Assembly (NCBI GenBank): GCA_964584555.1
Contig: CAZPBT010000004.1
Location: 1 to 40,616, forward strand
Source: an uncultured Chitinophagales bacterium
GTDB taxonomy: Bacteria; Bacteroidota; Bacteroidia; Chitinophagales; JADIYW01
Reading direction: 5' to 3'
DNA length: 40,616 nt
Part shown: positions 1-8,477 of the stretch, in pieces
How the letters are laid out: each line of letters opens with the position of its first letter
How positions within the stretch are numbered: the stretch's first letter is position 1
Position numbers and translations under genes: made by a program
The notes under the pieces: model-generated
Seen by the model: the letters and a program-made list of their open reading frames with translations, nothing else
Told to the model about the DNA's origin: nothing
Databases searched by the model: none

Positions 1-453
1 TAACATCCATGCTTTAGTTAAAAATGAATTAAAATTGCATTGTTCGTTTTATGTTAGTAATAAAGACCAAATAGAACATTGTAGCTAAAAAAAATCATTT
101 GAAATTTATTCACAAGTATTGATCGCGAATTGAATTGAAAATGCCCAACTTGGAATTTCGCCTAAGTATACTAATATGATCAGAAAGCAGGTATATTATT
201 GAGCCATTTGATAAATACTACATCATAATACCCTGGGAAATAGTTAATGTTATAATTTACCAGGATAAACTAAGTCTTAACAAAAAATGCATTTATCACT
301 CTGATTCAACCTATCAGGGTTTTGAAATTTGTTAGTGTGTTTTGACACATTTTCTTAAAGTAATTCTGTCTATCTATTTATCTTAATTCTTAAAAATAAT
401 TTCTTATTTTCTTATCTTCACGTGTTCAGATTACTAAATTATCTCATTACAAA

Positions 454-2586
454 ATGCAATTCATGTTCCACTACACTAAAGACCAAGACAATATCGTAAC
501 CATCACGATGGATATGCAAGGCAGAAGTGCCAATGTTATCAATGAAGAATTCGGCAAACTCTTTACCGAAACACTCGCAAAATTAGAAGCAGAAAAAAAT
601 GACATTGCCGGTGTCATACTCACATCCGCCAAGTCCACTTTTTTTGCAGGTGCCGATATCGATAATCTTTATAAACAAACCGATGCCAAACTTATATTTG
701 ACATGTGCGAACAACTTAAAGCTCAGTTTCGTCGCTTGGAAACAATTGGCAAACCTGTGGTGGCCGCACTAAACGGTGCCGCATTAGGCGGAGGTTTAGA
801 ATTGGCCCTTGCTTGTCATTATAGAATAGCTTTGAACAATCCAAAAGCACAATTCGGTTTGCCCGAAGTAGGCCTCGGATTATTGCCGGGTGGCGGTGGC
901 ATTATTCGCCTTACCCGAATGATAGGATTGCAGCCAGCTTTACCATTATTGACGGAAGGCAAGCGACTGAAAGTAAAAGATGCAATGGCAAATGGATTAA
1001 TTAACGAAATTGCTGATTCGCCGGAAGACATGATGACTCGGGCAAAAGCCTGGATTAAAGCCCATCCGAAAGCCATTAATCCATGGGATGATAAAGCATT
1101 TAAATTTCCGGGAGGAGATGCACGAAATCCAAAAGTGGCAAGCATGATTCCGATTGTGCCTGCCATGACCAAAAAGAAAACACATGGCAACTATCCTGCA
1201 GTGGAAGCTATTATTAACACAGCAGTTGAAGGTTCTGTCGTTGATTTTGATACGGCATGCCGCATCGAATCGCGCTATTTTACTTCTTTAGCTACCGGAC
1301 AAGTTTCCAAAAATATGATTACCGCTTTTTGGTATAATCTGAATGCCATAAATGCAGGCGGTTCTCGCCCGAAAGGATTTGAAAAATACACCACTAAGAA
1401 AGTTGGCGTATTGGGTGCAGGCATGATGGGTGCCGGAATTGCTTATGTTTCAGCTCTATCCGGGATGGAAGTGATACTGAAAGATATTTCAATTGAAGCT
1501 GCCGAAAAGGGAAAAACTTATTCCGAAGGCTTGCTGAAAAAAAGCATTTCAAAAGGTAAAATGACCAAAGAAAAAGCTGAAGAAATTTTGAACAGGATAC
1601 ATGCTACAGACAAACCGGATTTTGATGGTTGCGATTTGATTATTGAAGCTGTTTTTGAAGACAGAGCCTTAAAAGCAAAAGTAACACAAGAAGCCGAGGC
1701 AACAATGTTAGCAGTAGGAACATTTGCTTCCAATACTTCTACCTTGCCCATTACCGGTTTGGCACAAGCATCTGTCCGCCCTAAACAATTTATCGGTCTG
1801 CATTTCTTTTCTCCGGTAGATAAAATGCCTTTGGTCGAAATTATTTGCGGGCAAGAAACCGATGATGCTACTTTGGCCAAAGCATTTGATTATGTGTTGC
1901 AAATCAAGAAAACACCTATAGTTGTAAACGACTCCAGGGGATTTTATACCTCGCGCGTATTTTCTACTTATGTAATGGAAGGTATTTCCATGTTGCTGGA
2001 AGGTCAACATCCCCGTGTTATAGAAAATGCAGGATTAAAAGCCGGAATGCCTGTTGGTCCATTGGCATTAAGTGACGAAGTATCTTTGAGTTTGATGGAT
2101 CATATCCGCAAGCAGACCATAAAAGATTTGGAAGCTGAGGGTAAAGAAATTCCGCATCATCCCGGCTATGATGTGATAGAAAAAATGCTGACGATAAACA
2201 GAAAAGGCAAAGCCGCAGGTGCCGGATTTTATGAATATCCGCAAGGTGGAACAAAGTTCATATATCCTGAATTAGTCACTCTGTTTCCGCAAGCAGCAGA
2301 GTTGCCACAACAAGAAATGATAGACCGCATGCTGATGGTACAGGCTTTAGACACAGTTCGCTGTTTAGAAGAAGGCGTATTGCGCAGTGTAGCTGATGCC
2401 AATATCGGTTCTATATTTGGCTGGGGATTTGCACCGTTTCAGGGGGGAACTTTGCAATATCTAAACGGTATGGGATTGAAAAATGCAATTGAAAAGGCAA
2501 AAGAATTAGCAGCCAAATATGGCAATCGTTTTTCTGTACCCGGATTACTTCAAGAAAAAGCCGACAAAGGCGAGTTGTTTAATTAG
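454..2586 (+). CDS. Bifunctional fatty-acid beta-oxidation enzyme (enoyl-CoA hydratase fused to 3-hydroxyacyl-CoA dehydrogenase), FadB/FadJ-like
   Basis: 710-aa ORF. Crotonase motifs FFAGADI and ALNGAALGGGLELALACHYRIA in the N-terminal third. Rossmann NAD motif VGVLGAGMMGAGIA mid-protein, followed by a 3-hydroxyacyl-CoA dehydrogenase C-terminal region. Confidence 0.9.
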   Translation: MQFMFHYTKDQDNIVTITMDMQGRSANVINEEFGKLFTETLAKLEAEKNDIAGVILTSAKSTFFAGADIDNLYKQTDAKLIFDMCEQLKAQFRRLETIGKPVVAALNGAALGGGLELALACHYRIALNNPKAQFGLPEVGLGLLPGGGGIIRLTRMIGLQPALPLLTEGKRLKVKDAMANGLINEIADSPEDMMTRAKAWIKAHPKAINPWDDKAFKFPGGDARNPKVASMIPIVPAMTKKKTHGNYPAVEAIINTAVEGSVVDFDTACRIESRYFTSLATGQVSKNMITAFWYNLNAINAGGSRPKGFEKYTTKKVGVLGAGMMGAGIAYVSALSGMEVILKDISIEAAEKGKTYSEGLLKKSISKGKMTKEKAEEILNRIHATDKPDFDGCDLIIEAVFEDRALKAKVTQEAEATMLAVGTFASNTSTLPITGLAQASVRPKQFIGLHFFSPVDKMPLVEIICGQETDDATLAKAFDYVLQIKKTPIVVNDSRGFYTSRVFSTYVMEGISMLLEGQHPRVIENAGLKAGMPVGPLALSDEVSLSLMDHIRKQTIKDLEAEGKEIPHHPGYDVIEKMLTINRKGKAAGAGFYEYPQGGTKFIYPELVTLFPQAAELPQQEMIDRMLMVQALDTVRCLEEGVLRSVADANIGSIFGWGFAPFQGGTLQYLNGMGLKNAIEKAKELAAKYGNRFSVPGLLQEKADKGELFN

Positions 2587-2601
2587 ATAATTAGCCAATT
2601 T

Positions 2602-2936
2602 GAAAATGAGAAAATGAGAAAATGAGAAAATGAGAGAATGTGAAAATGAGAGAATGTGAAAATGAGAAAATGAGAGAATGTGAAAATGTGAGAATGTGAA
2701 AATGTGAAGATGTGAAAATGTGAAGATGTGAAAATGTGAAAATGAATATAGTCTTAATTCTCTTAATTGCTTAATGGTTTATAATTTAATTTGAAAATGT
2801 GAAGATGAGAAAATGTGAAAATGAATATAGTCTTAATTCTCTTAATTGCTTAATGGTTTAAAATTTGATGTAAAAATGTGAAGATGAGAAAATGAGAAAA
2901 TAAAAAATGTCTTAATTCTCTTAACTTATTAATGGC
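2602..2936. repeat. Composite tandem repeat: octanucleotide array (GAAAATGW)n followed by a TCTTAAT-type triplet, present as three successive modules
   Basis: 18 head-to-tail 8-nt units occupy 2602-2745 (variants GAAAATGA, GAGAATGT, GAAAATGT, GAAGATGT), followed by ATATAGTCTTAATTCTCTTAATTGCTTAATGGTTT. A 52-nt perfect direct repeat links 2730-2781 and 2809-2860. A third, degenerate module spans about 2872-2936. Confidence 0.95.
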
Positions 2937-2983
2937 AATAACAGAAATATGAAAAAAATCTATTAAATATAATCGTTACTTAC

Positions 2984-3415
2984 GTGATACTAAAAGACGT
3001 GTTTTTTTATATAGGCATTGTTTCTGTAATTTTATTCATCTTTTGGATAATCTTTAGAATTAAATTGGTAAATGCATACTTTGCATTACAACTTGCTGGT
3101 GTAAAAGATATATCATTTGTAAAATTGTTTTTCACATCTTTCAGAAAAATTAACTTAGAAGAATACACCTCGATAATTATAGCAATTAAATTATTAAATA
3201 TATACAATAATATTGATTACTTAAGTATTGAAAACTTTTTGATGGCTAATGGAAAAGAAGATAATTTAATTAATGGACTAAGATATGCCAAAGAAAATAA
3301 TATTGAAATTGAATTAAACGATGCTATAAAACTTGTTTTTGATAATTCAGATATAAAATCAAAAATTGTGAGTTGGAAGATCTCAAATCCTGGTCAGAAT
3401 AAAATGAAATATTAA
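2984..3415 (+). CDS. Small membrane protein resembling only the N-terminal part of FloA/YqfA (UPF0365) flotillin-like proteins
   Basis: 143-aa ORF with a GTG start and an N-terminal TM helix (VFFYIGIVSVILFIFWIIF). By eye, LAGVKDISF..FRKI and IENFLMANGKEDNLINGLRYAKENNIEIELNDAIKL align with B. subtilis FloA AAGVKISIF..LRRV and [38 protein letters not shown] as I recall it. The SPFH body is absent. Very AT-rich. Confidence 0.4.
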   Translation: MILKDVFFYIGIVSVILFIFWIIFRIKLVNAYFALQLAGVKDISFVKLFFTSFRKINLEEYTSIIIAIKLLNIYNNIDYLSIENFLMANGKEDNLINGLRYAKENNIEIELNDAIKLVFDNSDIKSKIVSWKISNPGQNKMKY

Positions 3416-3522
3416 TAATAAACATTTGCTAATTATTACTTGAATTCAGCAACTCAAAAAAAATATCATAGATTTTAAATTTTTTTATTTAATTTGTTAT
3501 TTTTATTAAAAAATAAGTTACC

Positions 3523-4341
3523 ATGAAAAATTACTTTTTAACCTTGCTGGCATGTTTCTTTATGACAGCTTTTGCTAATGCAGAACAAATACTAATTTAT
3601 AAAACCTATCAAGATTATAAAAATAATACACCTGCCATATTGGATGGTGATATTGACGGCTTTCCGGATAGTTCACCTGCACTGGTTTATAAATCAGGGA
3701 TCAGAATTAAAAGTAACGGAAAAAAAGAAGATTACAGATGTTCAGATTTTTGGGGTTTCAAATTTAAAGATGTCTTATTCAGATGTTTTAAGTTTAACTT
3801 GAAATATTCTAAGAATGGGCAAACCTCCTATGGATTTATGGCTCTGGTTAGTGAAGGTAAAATATGTTATTGGGAAAATGGTATCGCGATAATTGATATC
3901 CTGAATTCTGATAAAGAAAAGAAAAAAGGAACAATCAGAGGTTTGGCATGTGATGGAAAATTCGGACTTTCTAAATCTATAGATTCTGATATTATTACTG
4001 CCCGGTTTAATAATTTTATTAAATCAAATAAAGAATATGCTACACTTGCATCTGAATTTAAGTCTGCTGCACTTGCACATGAAGACTTTCCGAAAGTATT
4101 AAAAAAAGAAAACGGAATTAAAATGCAAGATAAGTTAATGGATTTAGGTGGTACTGACGAATTGGCTTACTTAAATTTGGCAACAGGTGTAAATAATTAT
4201 GCAGGCAAACCAATGGGACTCTCTGCAGGTGTATATATACAAGGTTTGGAAATGATGTATATCCGAGATTTCTTTAAAAAATACAATAACGGAAATTTCA
4301 ATTCATTAATTTATAATTCGGAATTCAAATACTCTGACTAA
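3523..4341 (+). CDS. Secreted hypothetical protein
   Basis: 272-aa ORF with a signal peptide (MKNYFLTLLACFFMTAFANA-EQ). I recognise no family. AT-rich, lysine/asparagine-rich composition. Confidence 0.6.
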   Translation: MKNYFLTLLACFFMTAFANAEQILIYKTYQDYKNNTPAILDGDIDGFPDSSPALVYKSGIRIKSNGKKEDYRCSDFWGFKFKDVLFRCFKFNLKYSKNGQTSYGFMALVSEGKICYWENGIAIIDILNSDKEKKKGTIRGLACDGKFGLSKSIDSDIITARFNNFIKSNKEYATLASEFKSAALAHEDFPKVLKKENGIKMQDKLMDLGGTDELAYLNLATGVNNYAGKPMGLSAGVYIQGLEMMYIRDFFKKYNNGNFNSLIYNSEFKYSD

Positions 4342-4429
4342 TTACATGTTGGCTATAAGCTCAATAATTAAAATTAGATTGCTTCTTTATGGGCCTTGCG
4401 ATTTTTATAATGACAAAGCTTTGAGAATA

Positions 4430-7006
4430 TTAAAACGGATACCCGATTGCGAAGTTTAGCCCTACAAAATCTTTGAATTTAAAATTATATAATCCCTGAA
4501 TTTTCTCCGCATTTCTGCCTCTGCCGAATTTTCTCGTAGTATTGAGCTGGTAATCCGGATTGTCGATTTTATTGAAGACCCATCGGTCTCCTGCATCAAA
4601 AGATGGGTCATATAAAACAAATCCTACATCAAAACGAAGAACAAAAAAGTTAAAATCCATTCGGACTCCAGCACCAGCATCCCAGGCTAATTCTTTCATA
4701 AACCGCGAAGCGGCAAAATTGGCATAAGGCTTATTCGGGTCTTCTTTCAACAGCCAGATATTCCCGATATCTGTAAACAATGCTCCATTAAAAAATTTGT
4801 AGATGTTAAACCTGTATTCCGCATTAAATTCAAATTTTAAATCTGCAGTTTGGTCCAAGTCATTTTTTAGTGTGTTATAAATATTGTACCCACCTGGTCC
4901 AACCTTGCGGAACTGCCAGCCACGCAACGAGTTTGGACCGCCCGAAAAAAACTGCCTTACATAGGGCAAAACCGCAACTTCTCTTATATATACAGAATCG
5001 TTGTCGTCTTTTTCTGTTGTAGAATATGTAGAGTTGCCATACGGAATACCGGCACCTACAAACATGCGCAAAGCCACAGTTTGTCCTCGCTTGAAATTGA
5101 AAGAGTAACGAGGTTCTAATTCTAACCGGAAAAATTGAGAAAAAGGAATGCCACCTACTTTTCTTGGCTTAGCTTCATCTTTTTTGATAAGCATTGAAAA
5201 TAGCGAAACGATATTGCCCGAAAAAAACGCATTTCCTCTGAAATAAAAGTAGTTTTTATATCGTCCTACATTCAAATTTTGGTTGTTATACGAAAAGGTA
5301 TAATCCTGTCCGATGATAAACTGTTTTTGGAAACTTTGTGCCAGCCGGGCATTATTCGTGAGATATGTAGTATCAAATTTTTCTGTAATTTTTGTGGGAT
5401 TTACATACGTGAAACTCAGTGGAGAGAAGGAATGCCTGAATTTATTATTGTAAAACTCGTAACCGTAATTTAAACCTACCGTATGAATGTCATATAAACC
5501 GATGCGGCGCTGAAAACTGTAATTTAATGCAATAAATGTTCGTGGTTTGTATTTGTACGTTTTATCGCAGGCAGAGCGCACTTTAAAAGTTGGAAAGATA
5601 CGCGCTAAATCGATTTTTGCTTCACTGTTTATATTGATGGTGCTTATCGGACTGTTTTCAATACGGTTTTCTTTTAATAACTGAAATTCCACACCCGCAC
5701 TGAAATTCAACTGAAACTTAGCAGCAGATTTAAATAAATTTTTATTGGTATAACCTCCGGTAATGGCAAATCCAAGTGTACTTTTGGCATTGGTGTTAAG
5801 CTCATTATCTAAGTTGAATGAATGTCTTTTTGCCGGCGAACAATTAATTCGGGTAATCAGATATATTTCATCAGGCGAAAAAGAGTAGGGATCATACTCT
5901 ACGTTTACATATTTAAAAATGCCGAGGTTATTTAATGCATTCTTCGTCTTGTCCATGCTGTTTTTGCTGTACAAATCATCTTTATGTATGTAAATAGATT
6001 TTGATAATGCCCTTGGAAAAACAGTCTTTTTATCAGTTTTATAAGCTACATCGCAAATAGTATCGTAAATATAATCGCGCTTGGTCTGGTTCAATATTTT
6101 ATCTTTCTTTTCATAGTCCAGTACATTGATAGTAATCTCATCGTAATAGTATTTTTTATGTATGGACGAATCTACATCTAAATTTACATAAAGCTCGACA
6201 TTAACTTCTTTATTGCCTATCGTGCTGTCCACATTCATAGAAATATATTCCGGACTAAAAACAAAATAGCCCTCATTCTGCACTGCTTCCGCTAATAAGG
6301 TTCTGTCTTTCTTAATGATGTCAATATCAAATGCATCACCCTTGCGCATCAGTAATTCTTTTTTTGATTTTTGTATGATAGGGGTAATGTTTGAATCTTC
6401 AGAAGTAATTTTAATTTCCTTAAGTGTGTATTGATTACCTAAAGAAGCAGTATATATGGCTTTTGTTTTCTTGTTTTTTGTTTGAAAACTATAAGTAACG
6501 TCAGAATTAAAAAAACCGTGATAAAACAAATAATTTTTCATCCGGTTTACTGTCGTTTTCATCGTAGTGGAGTCAAACAACACCGGTGGCTCGCCTCCGG
6601 AGGTTTCGTTTAAGAAGTTTTCAAATTTCTTCTTCTTGAGTAATTTATCCAATTCTTTTTTCTCATCATCTGTAGCTGTTCCGTTACTTATCTTGTTCTC
6701 CAGTTCAATTTTTTTGGTTAGTCTTTTTTTGTTTTTAAATGTTGAAAAAGTATAAATGCCCAGTTTCATCCTGAACAGACTCAGGAATTTTTTATTAGGC
6801 TGCTGACTGTAAACTACTTGTTTGCCTAATTCTGATTTTAACGTGTTTTTTTCAGTAATCAGTTTGCCACTGTTTTTCAACTGTACGGTATTGGCAATGA
6901 GCAGACTCTGGTCTTTTTCCAGCAACCTTTTAGTGGCACTGCAACCACTCAATAGGATGAGCGCACACAAAACCGAAATATATCTGAAATAGTTTTTAAC
7001 TTGCAT
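4430..7006 (-). CDS. Omp85/BamA-family outer-membrane protein (TamA-like) with a lipoprotein-type signal
   Basis: 858-aa ORF. Signal plus lipobox LILLSGC. Long N-terminal POTRA-like region. The C-terminal beta-barrel has alternating aromatic pattern and a terminal ...NFAIGYPF, typical of OM beta-barrels. Confidence 0.75.
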   Translation of the reverse strand: MQVKNYFRYISVLCALILLSGCSATKRLLEKDQSLLIANTVQLKNSGKLITEKNTLKSELGKQVVYSQQPNKKFLSLFRMKLGIYTFSTFKNKKRLTKKIELENKISNGTATDDEKKELDKLLKKKKFENFLNETSGGEPPVLFDSTTMKTTVNRMKNYLFYHGFFNSDVTYSFQTKNKKTKAIYTASLGNQYTLKEIKITSEDSNITPIIQKSKKELLMRKGDAFDIDIIKKDRTLLAEAVQNEGYFVFSPEYISMNVDSTIGNKEVNVELYVNLDVDSSIHKKYYYDEITINVLDYEKKDKILNQTKRDYIYDTICDVAYKTDKKTVFPRALSKSIYIHKDDLYSKNSMDKTKNALNNLGIFKYVNVEYDPYSFSPDEIYLITRINCSPAKRHSFNLDNELNTNAKSTLGFAITGGYTNKNLFKSAAKFQLNFSAGVEFQLLKENRIENSPISTININSEAKIDLARIFPTFKVRSACDKTYKYKPRTFIALNYSFQRRIGLYDIHTVGLNYGYEFYNNKFRHSFSPLSFTYVNPTKITEKFDTTYLTNNARLAQSFQKQFIIGQDYTFSYNNQNLNVGRYKNYFYFRGNAFFSGNIVSLFSMLIKKDEAKPRKVGGIPFSQFFRLELEPRYSFNFKRGQTVALRMFVGAGIPYGNSTYSTTEKDDNDSVYIREVAVLPYVRQFFSGGPNSLRGWQFRKVGPGGYNIYNTLKNDLDQTADLKFEFNAEYRFNIYKFFNGALFTDIGNIWLLKEDPNKPYANFAASRFMKELAWDAGAGVRMDFNFFVLRFDVGFVLYDPSFDAGDRWVFNKIDNPDYQLNTTRKFGRGRNAEKIQGLYNFKFKDFVGLNFAIGYPF

Positions 7007-7008
7007 GT

Positions 7009-7752
7009 GTGTTAAGTCAGGGTGTCATCAAGCATATTAATTCGCTCAAAATTAAAAAATACCGCCATAAGTATGGCGAATTTATTGCCGAAGGCGAAAA
7101 AATTATTGCTGAATTAATAGAAGAGGGGCTTATACTTAAACAAATTTACGCCACAACGGCTACCACCACTGTATTTTCCGATAAATTTCAATCCCTGTTG
7201 ATTCAGGATAAAATGACTGTCTGCACAGATGCGGAGCTGAATAAGATAACAGCATTACAGCATCATCATCAGTGTTTGGCTGTATTTGCCCTGCCGGATG
7301 TTGCTTTAGAGCCCGATAACTCCAACTGGCTATTAGCTTTGGATGATATTCAAGATCCAGGCAATATGGGTACTATTATTCGCACTTGCGACTGGTTTGG
7401 CATAAAGCATATCGTCTGCTCAGAGGGTTGTGTTGATGTATATAATCCCAAAGTGGTTCAAGCATCAATGGCATCAATTGGCAGAGTTAAGGTAATCGAA
7501 ACCAATTTGGCAGATTTTTTTGCCGGCTCAAACCGGGAAGTGTATGGTGCGGTTTTAGATGGTGCAAATTATCATACAGCAGACTACAGCAAACCGGGAA
7601 TATTGCTGATTGGAAACGAAGGTAAAGGCATAGAACCCGAACTTATGCAATGGGTACAAAATAAACTGACTATTCCCAGAATTGGAAAAGCAGAATCACT
7701 CAATGCCGCTATTGCTACGGCGTTATTGCTGGCGAAATTAAATTCGGTTTAA
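7009..7752 (+). CDS. TrmH/SpoU-family RNA 2'-O-methyltransferase
   Basis: 247-aa ORF with a GTG start. SpoU motifs LDDIQDPGNMGTIIRT, LLIGNEGKGI and ESLNAAIATALLL. The N-terminal L30e-like substrate-binding region (KKYRHKYGEFIAEGEK) is also present. Confidence 0.85.
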   Translation: MLSQGVIKHINSLKIKKYRHKYGEFIAEGEKIIAELIEEGLILKQIYATTATTTVFSDKFQSLLIQDKMTVCTDAELNKITALQHHHQCLAVFALPDVALEPDNSNWLLALDDIQDPGNMGTIIRTCDWFGIKHIVCSEGCVDVYNPKVVQASMASIGRVKVIETNLADFFAGSNREVYGAVLDGANYHTADYSKPGILLIGNEGKGIEPELMQWVQNKLTIPRIGKAESLNAAIATALLLAKLNSV

Positions 7753-8447
7753 ACAGATTGCTCACACAATTTTATAGCCTTAGGAAACAAAATATTATTT
7801 TCTAAATGTACATGTTTGTGTAAGTCATCTTCAAATTCCTGTAGTTTGGCAAAATAAACCCGATAAGTATTGCATGCATCTTCCGGTACGGTATATTGGT
7901 TGGTTAACACAGCAATTTGATGGCATAAATCTCCGGCTTTGTCGTGTTCGTGCTCCATCATGCTAATTGGATTTTTTATACTGCCGAATGGGGCATTTAT
8001 CTCTCCGTTATTTTCTTCTGCTTGTTTGATGTAAGGAAATAAAATGCGCTCTTCTTTCATTAAATGTGCTTCCAGTTCTGCAGCAACTTCATAAAATAAA
8101 TTCCTGATATGTGCGAGTTCGGGGTGTCTTGAACCATGTACAGTAGTAACTTTATCTGCATATTGGCGTATAATCGGGATGTTTGTCGTGATGTACTGAT
8201 GGTGTACATTCAAAATATAATCAATCAGAAATGATAATTTCCATGAATTGAAATCAGGCATATCACTATTTATGACAAGTTTCTCCTTTATTTCTGAATC
8301 AATTTTTTCAAAAGGTAAATTCTTTTCTGCGCATACGGACTCAAGTGTTTTTTTTCCACCACAACAAAAGTCAATTTCGTATTTTTTAAATACGTCTGCT
8401 GTTTTATAGTTTTTAGCTACAATTTCGGCAATAGTTTGATTCTCCAT
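7749..8447 (-). CDS. ytfE: Iron-sulfur cluster repair di-iron protein (RIC; YtfE/ScdA family)
   Basis: 232-aa ORF. ScdA_N motif YEIDFCCGGKKTLESVC, followed by a hemerythrin-like His/Glu-rich domain (HHQY, HxxKEE, MEHEHD, HVHLENN). It is the last gene of the nor block. Confidence 0.85.
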   Translation of the reverse strand: MENQTIAEIVAKNYKTADVFKKYEIDFCCGGKKTLESVCAEKNLPFEKIDSEIKEKLVINSDMPDFNSWKLSFLIDYILNVHHQYITTNIPIIRQYADKVTTVHGSRHPELAHIRNLFYEVAAELEAHLMKEERILFPYIKQAEENNGEINAPFGSIKNPISMMEHEHDKAGDLCHQIAVLTNQYTVPEDACNTYRVYFAKLQEFEDDLHKHVHLENNILFPKAIKLCEQSV

Positions 8448-8477
8448 GATATTTAATTTAATAGGTTATAAAAAAGT

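Noticed and set aside
335-348. Inverted repeat GTGT-N6-ACAC about 105 nt upstream of the fadB-like gene as a possible acyl-CoA-responsive repressor site
   Set aside because: The arms are only 4 bp and there is no second copy, so it is too weak to call.
1-453. Possible partial gene or small RNA at the left edge
   Set aside because: I saw no long open frame, conserved structure or recognisable RNA motif. It is treated as an AT-rich promoter and leader region.
819-2254. Five minus-strand ORFs (62-123 aa) inside the fadB-like gene
   Set aside because: They are antisense shadow ORFs within a well-supported 710-aa coding region, and their translations are low-complexity and Cys/Phe-rich.
2611-2750. 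Dozens of mini-ORFs (ATG-TGA, MRK-stop, MRECENERM-stop) inside the octamer array
   Set aside because: They follow automatically from the ATG and TGA contained in each unit. There is no evidence for translation.
2602-2936. Possible CRISPR array, because of regularly spaced short repeats
   Set aside because: The units are contiguous 8-mers with no unique spacers. The larger 52-nt repeat occurs only two to three times, separated by more of the same octamers. No cas genes are present.
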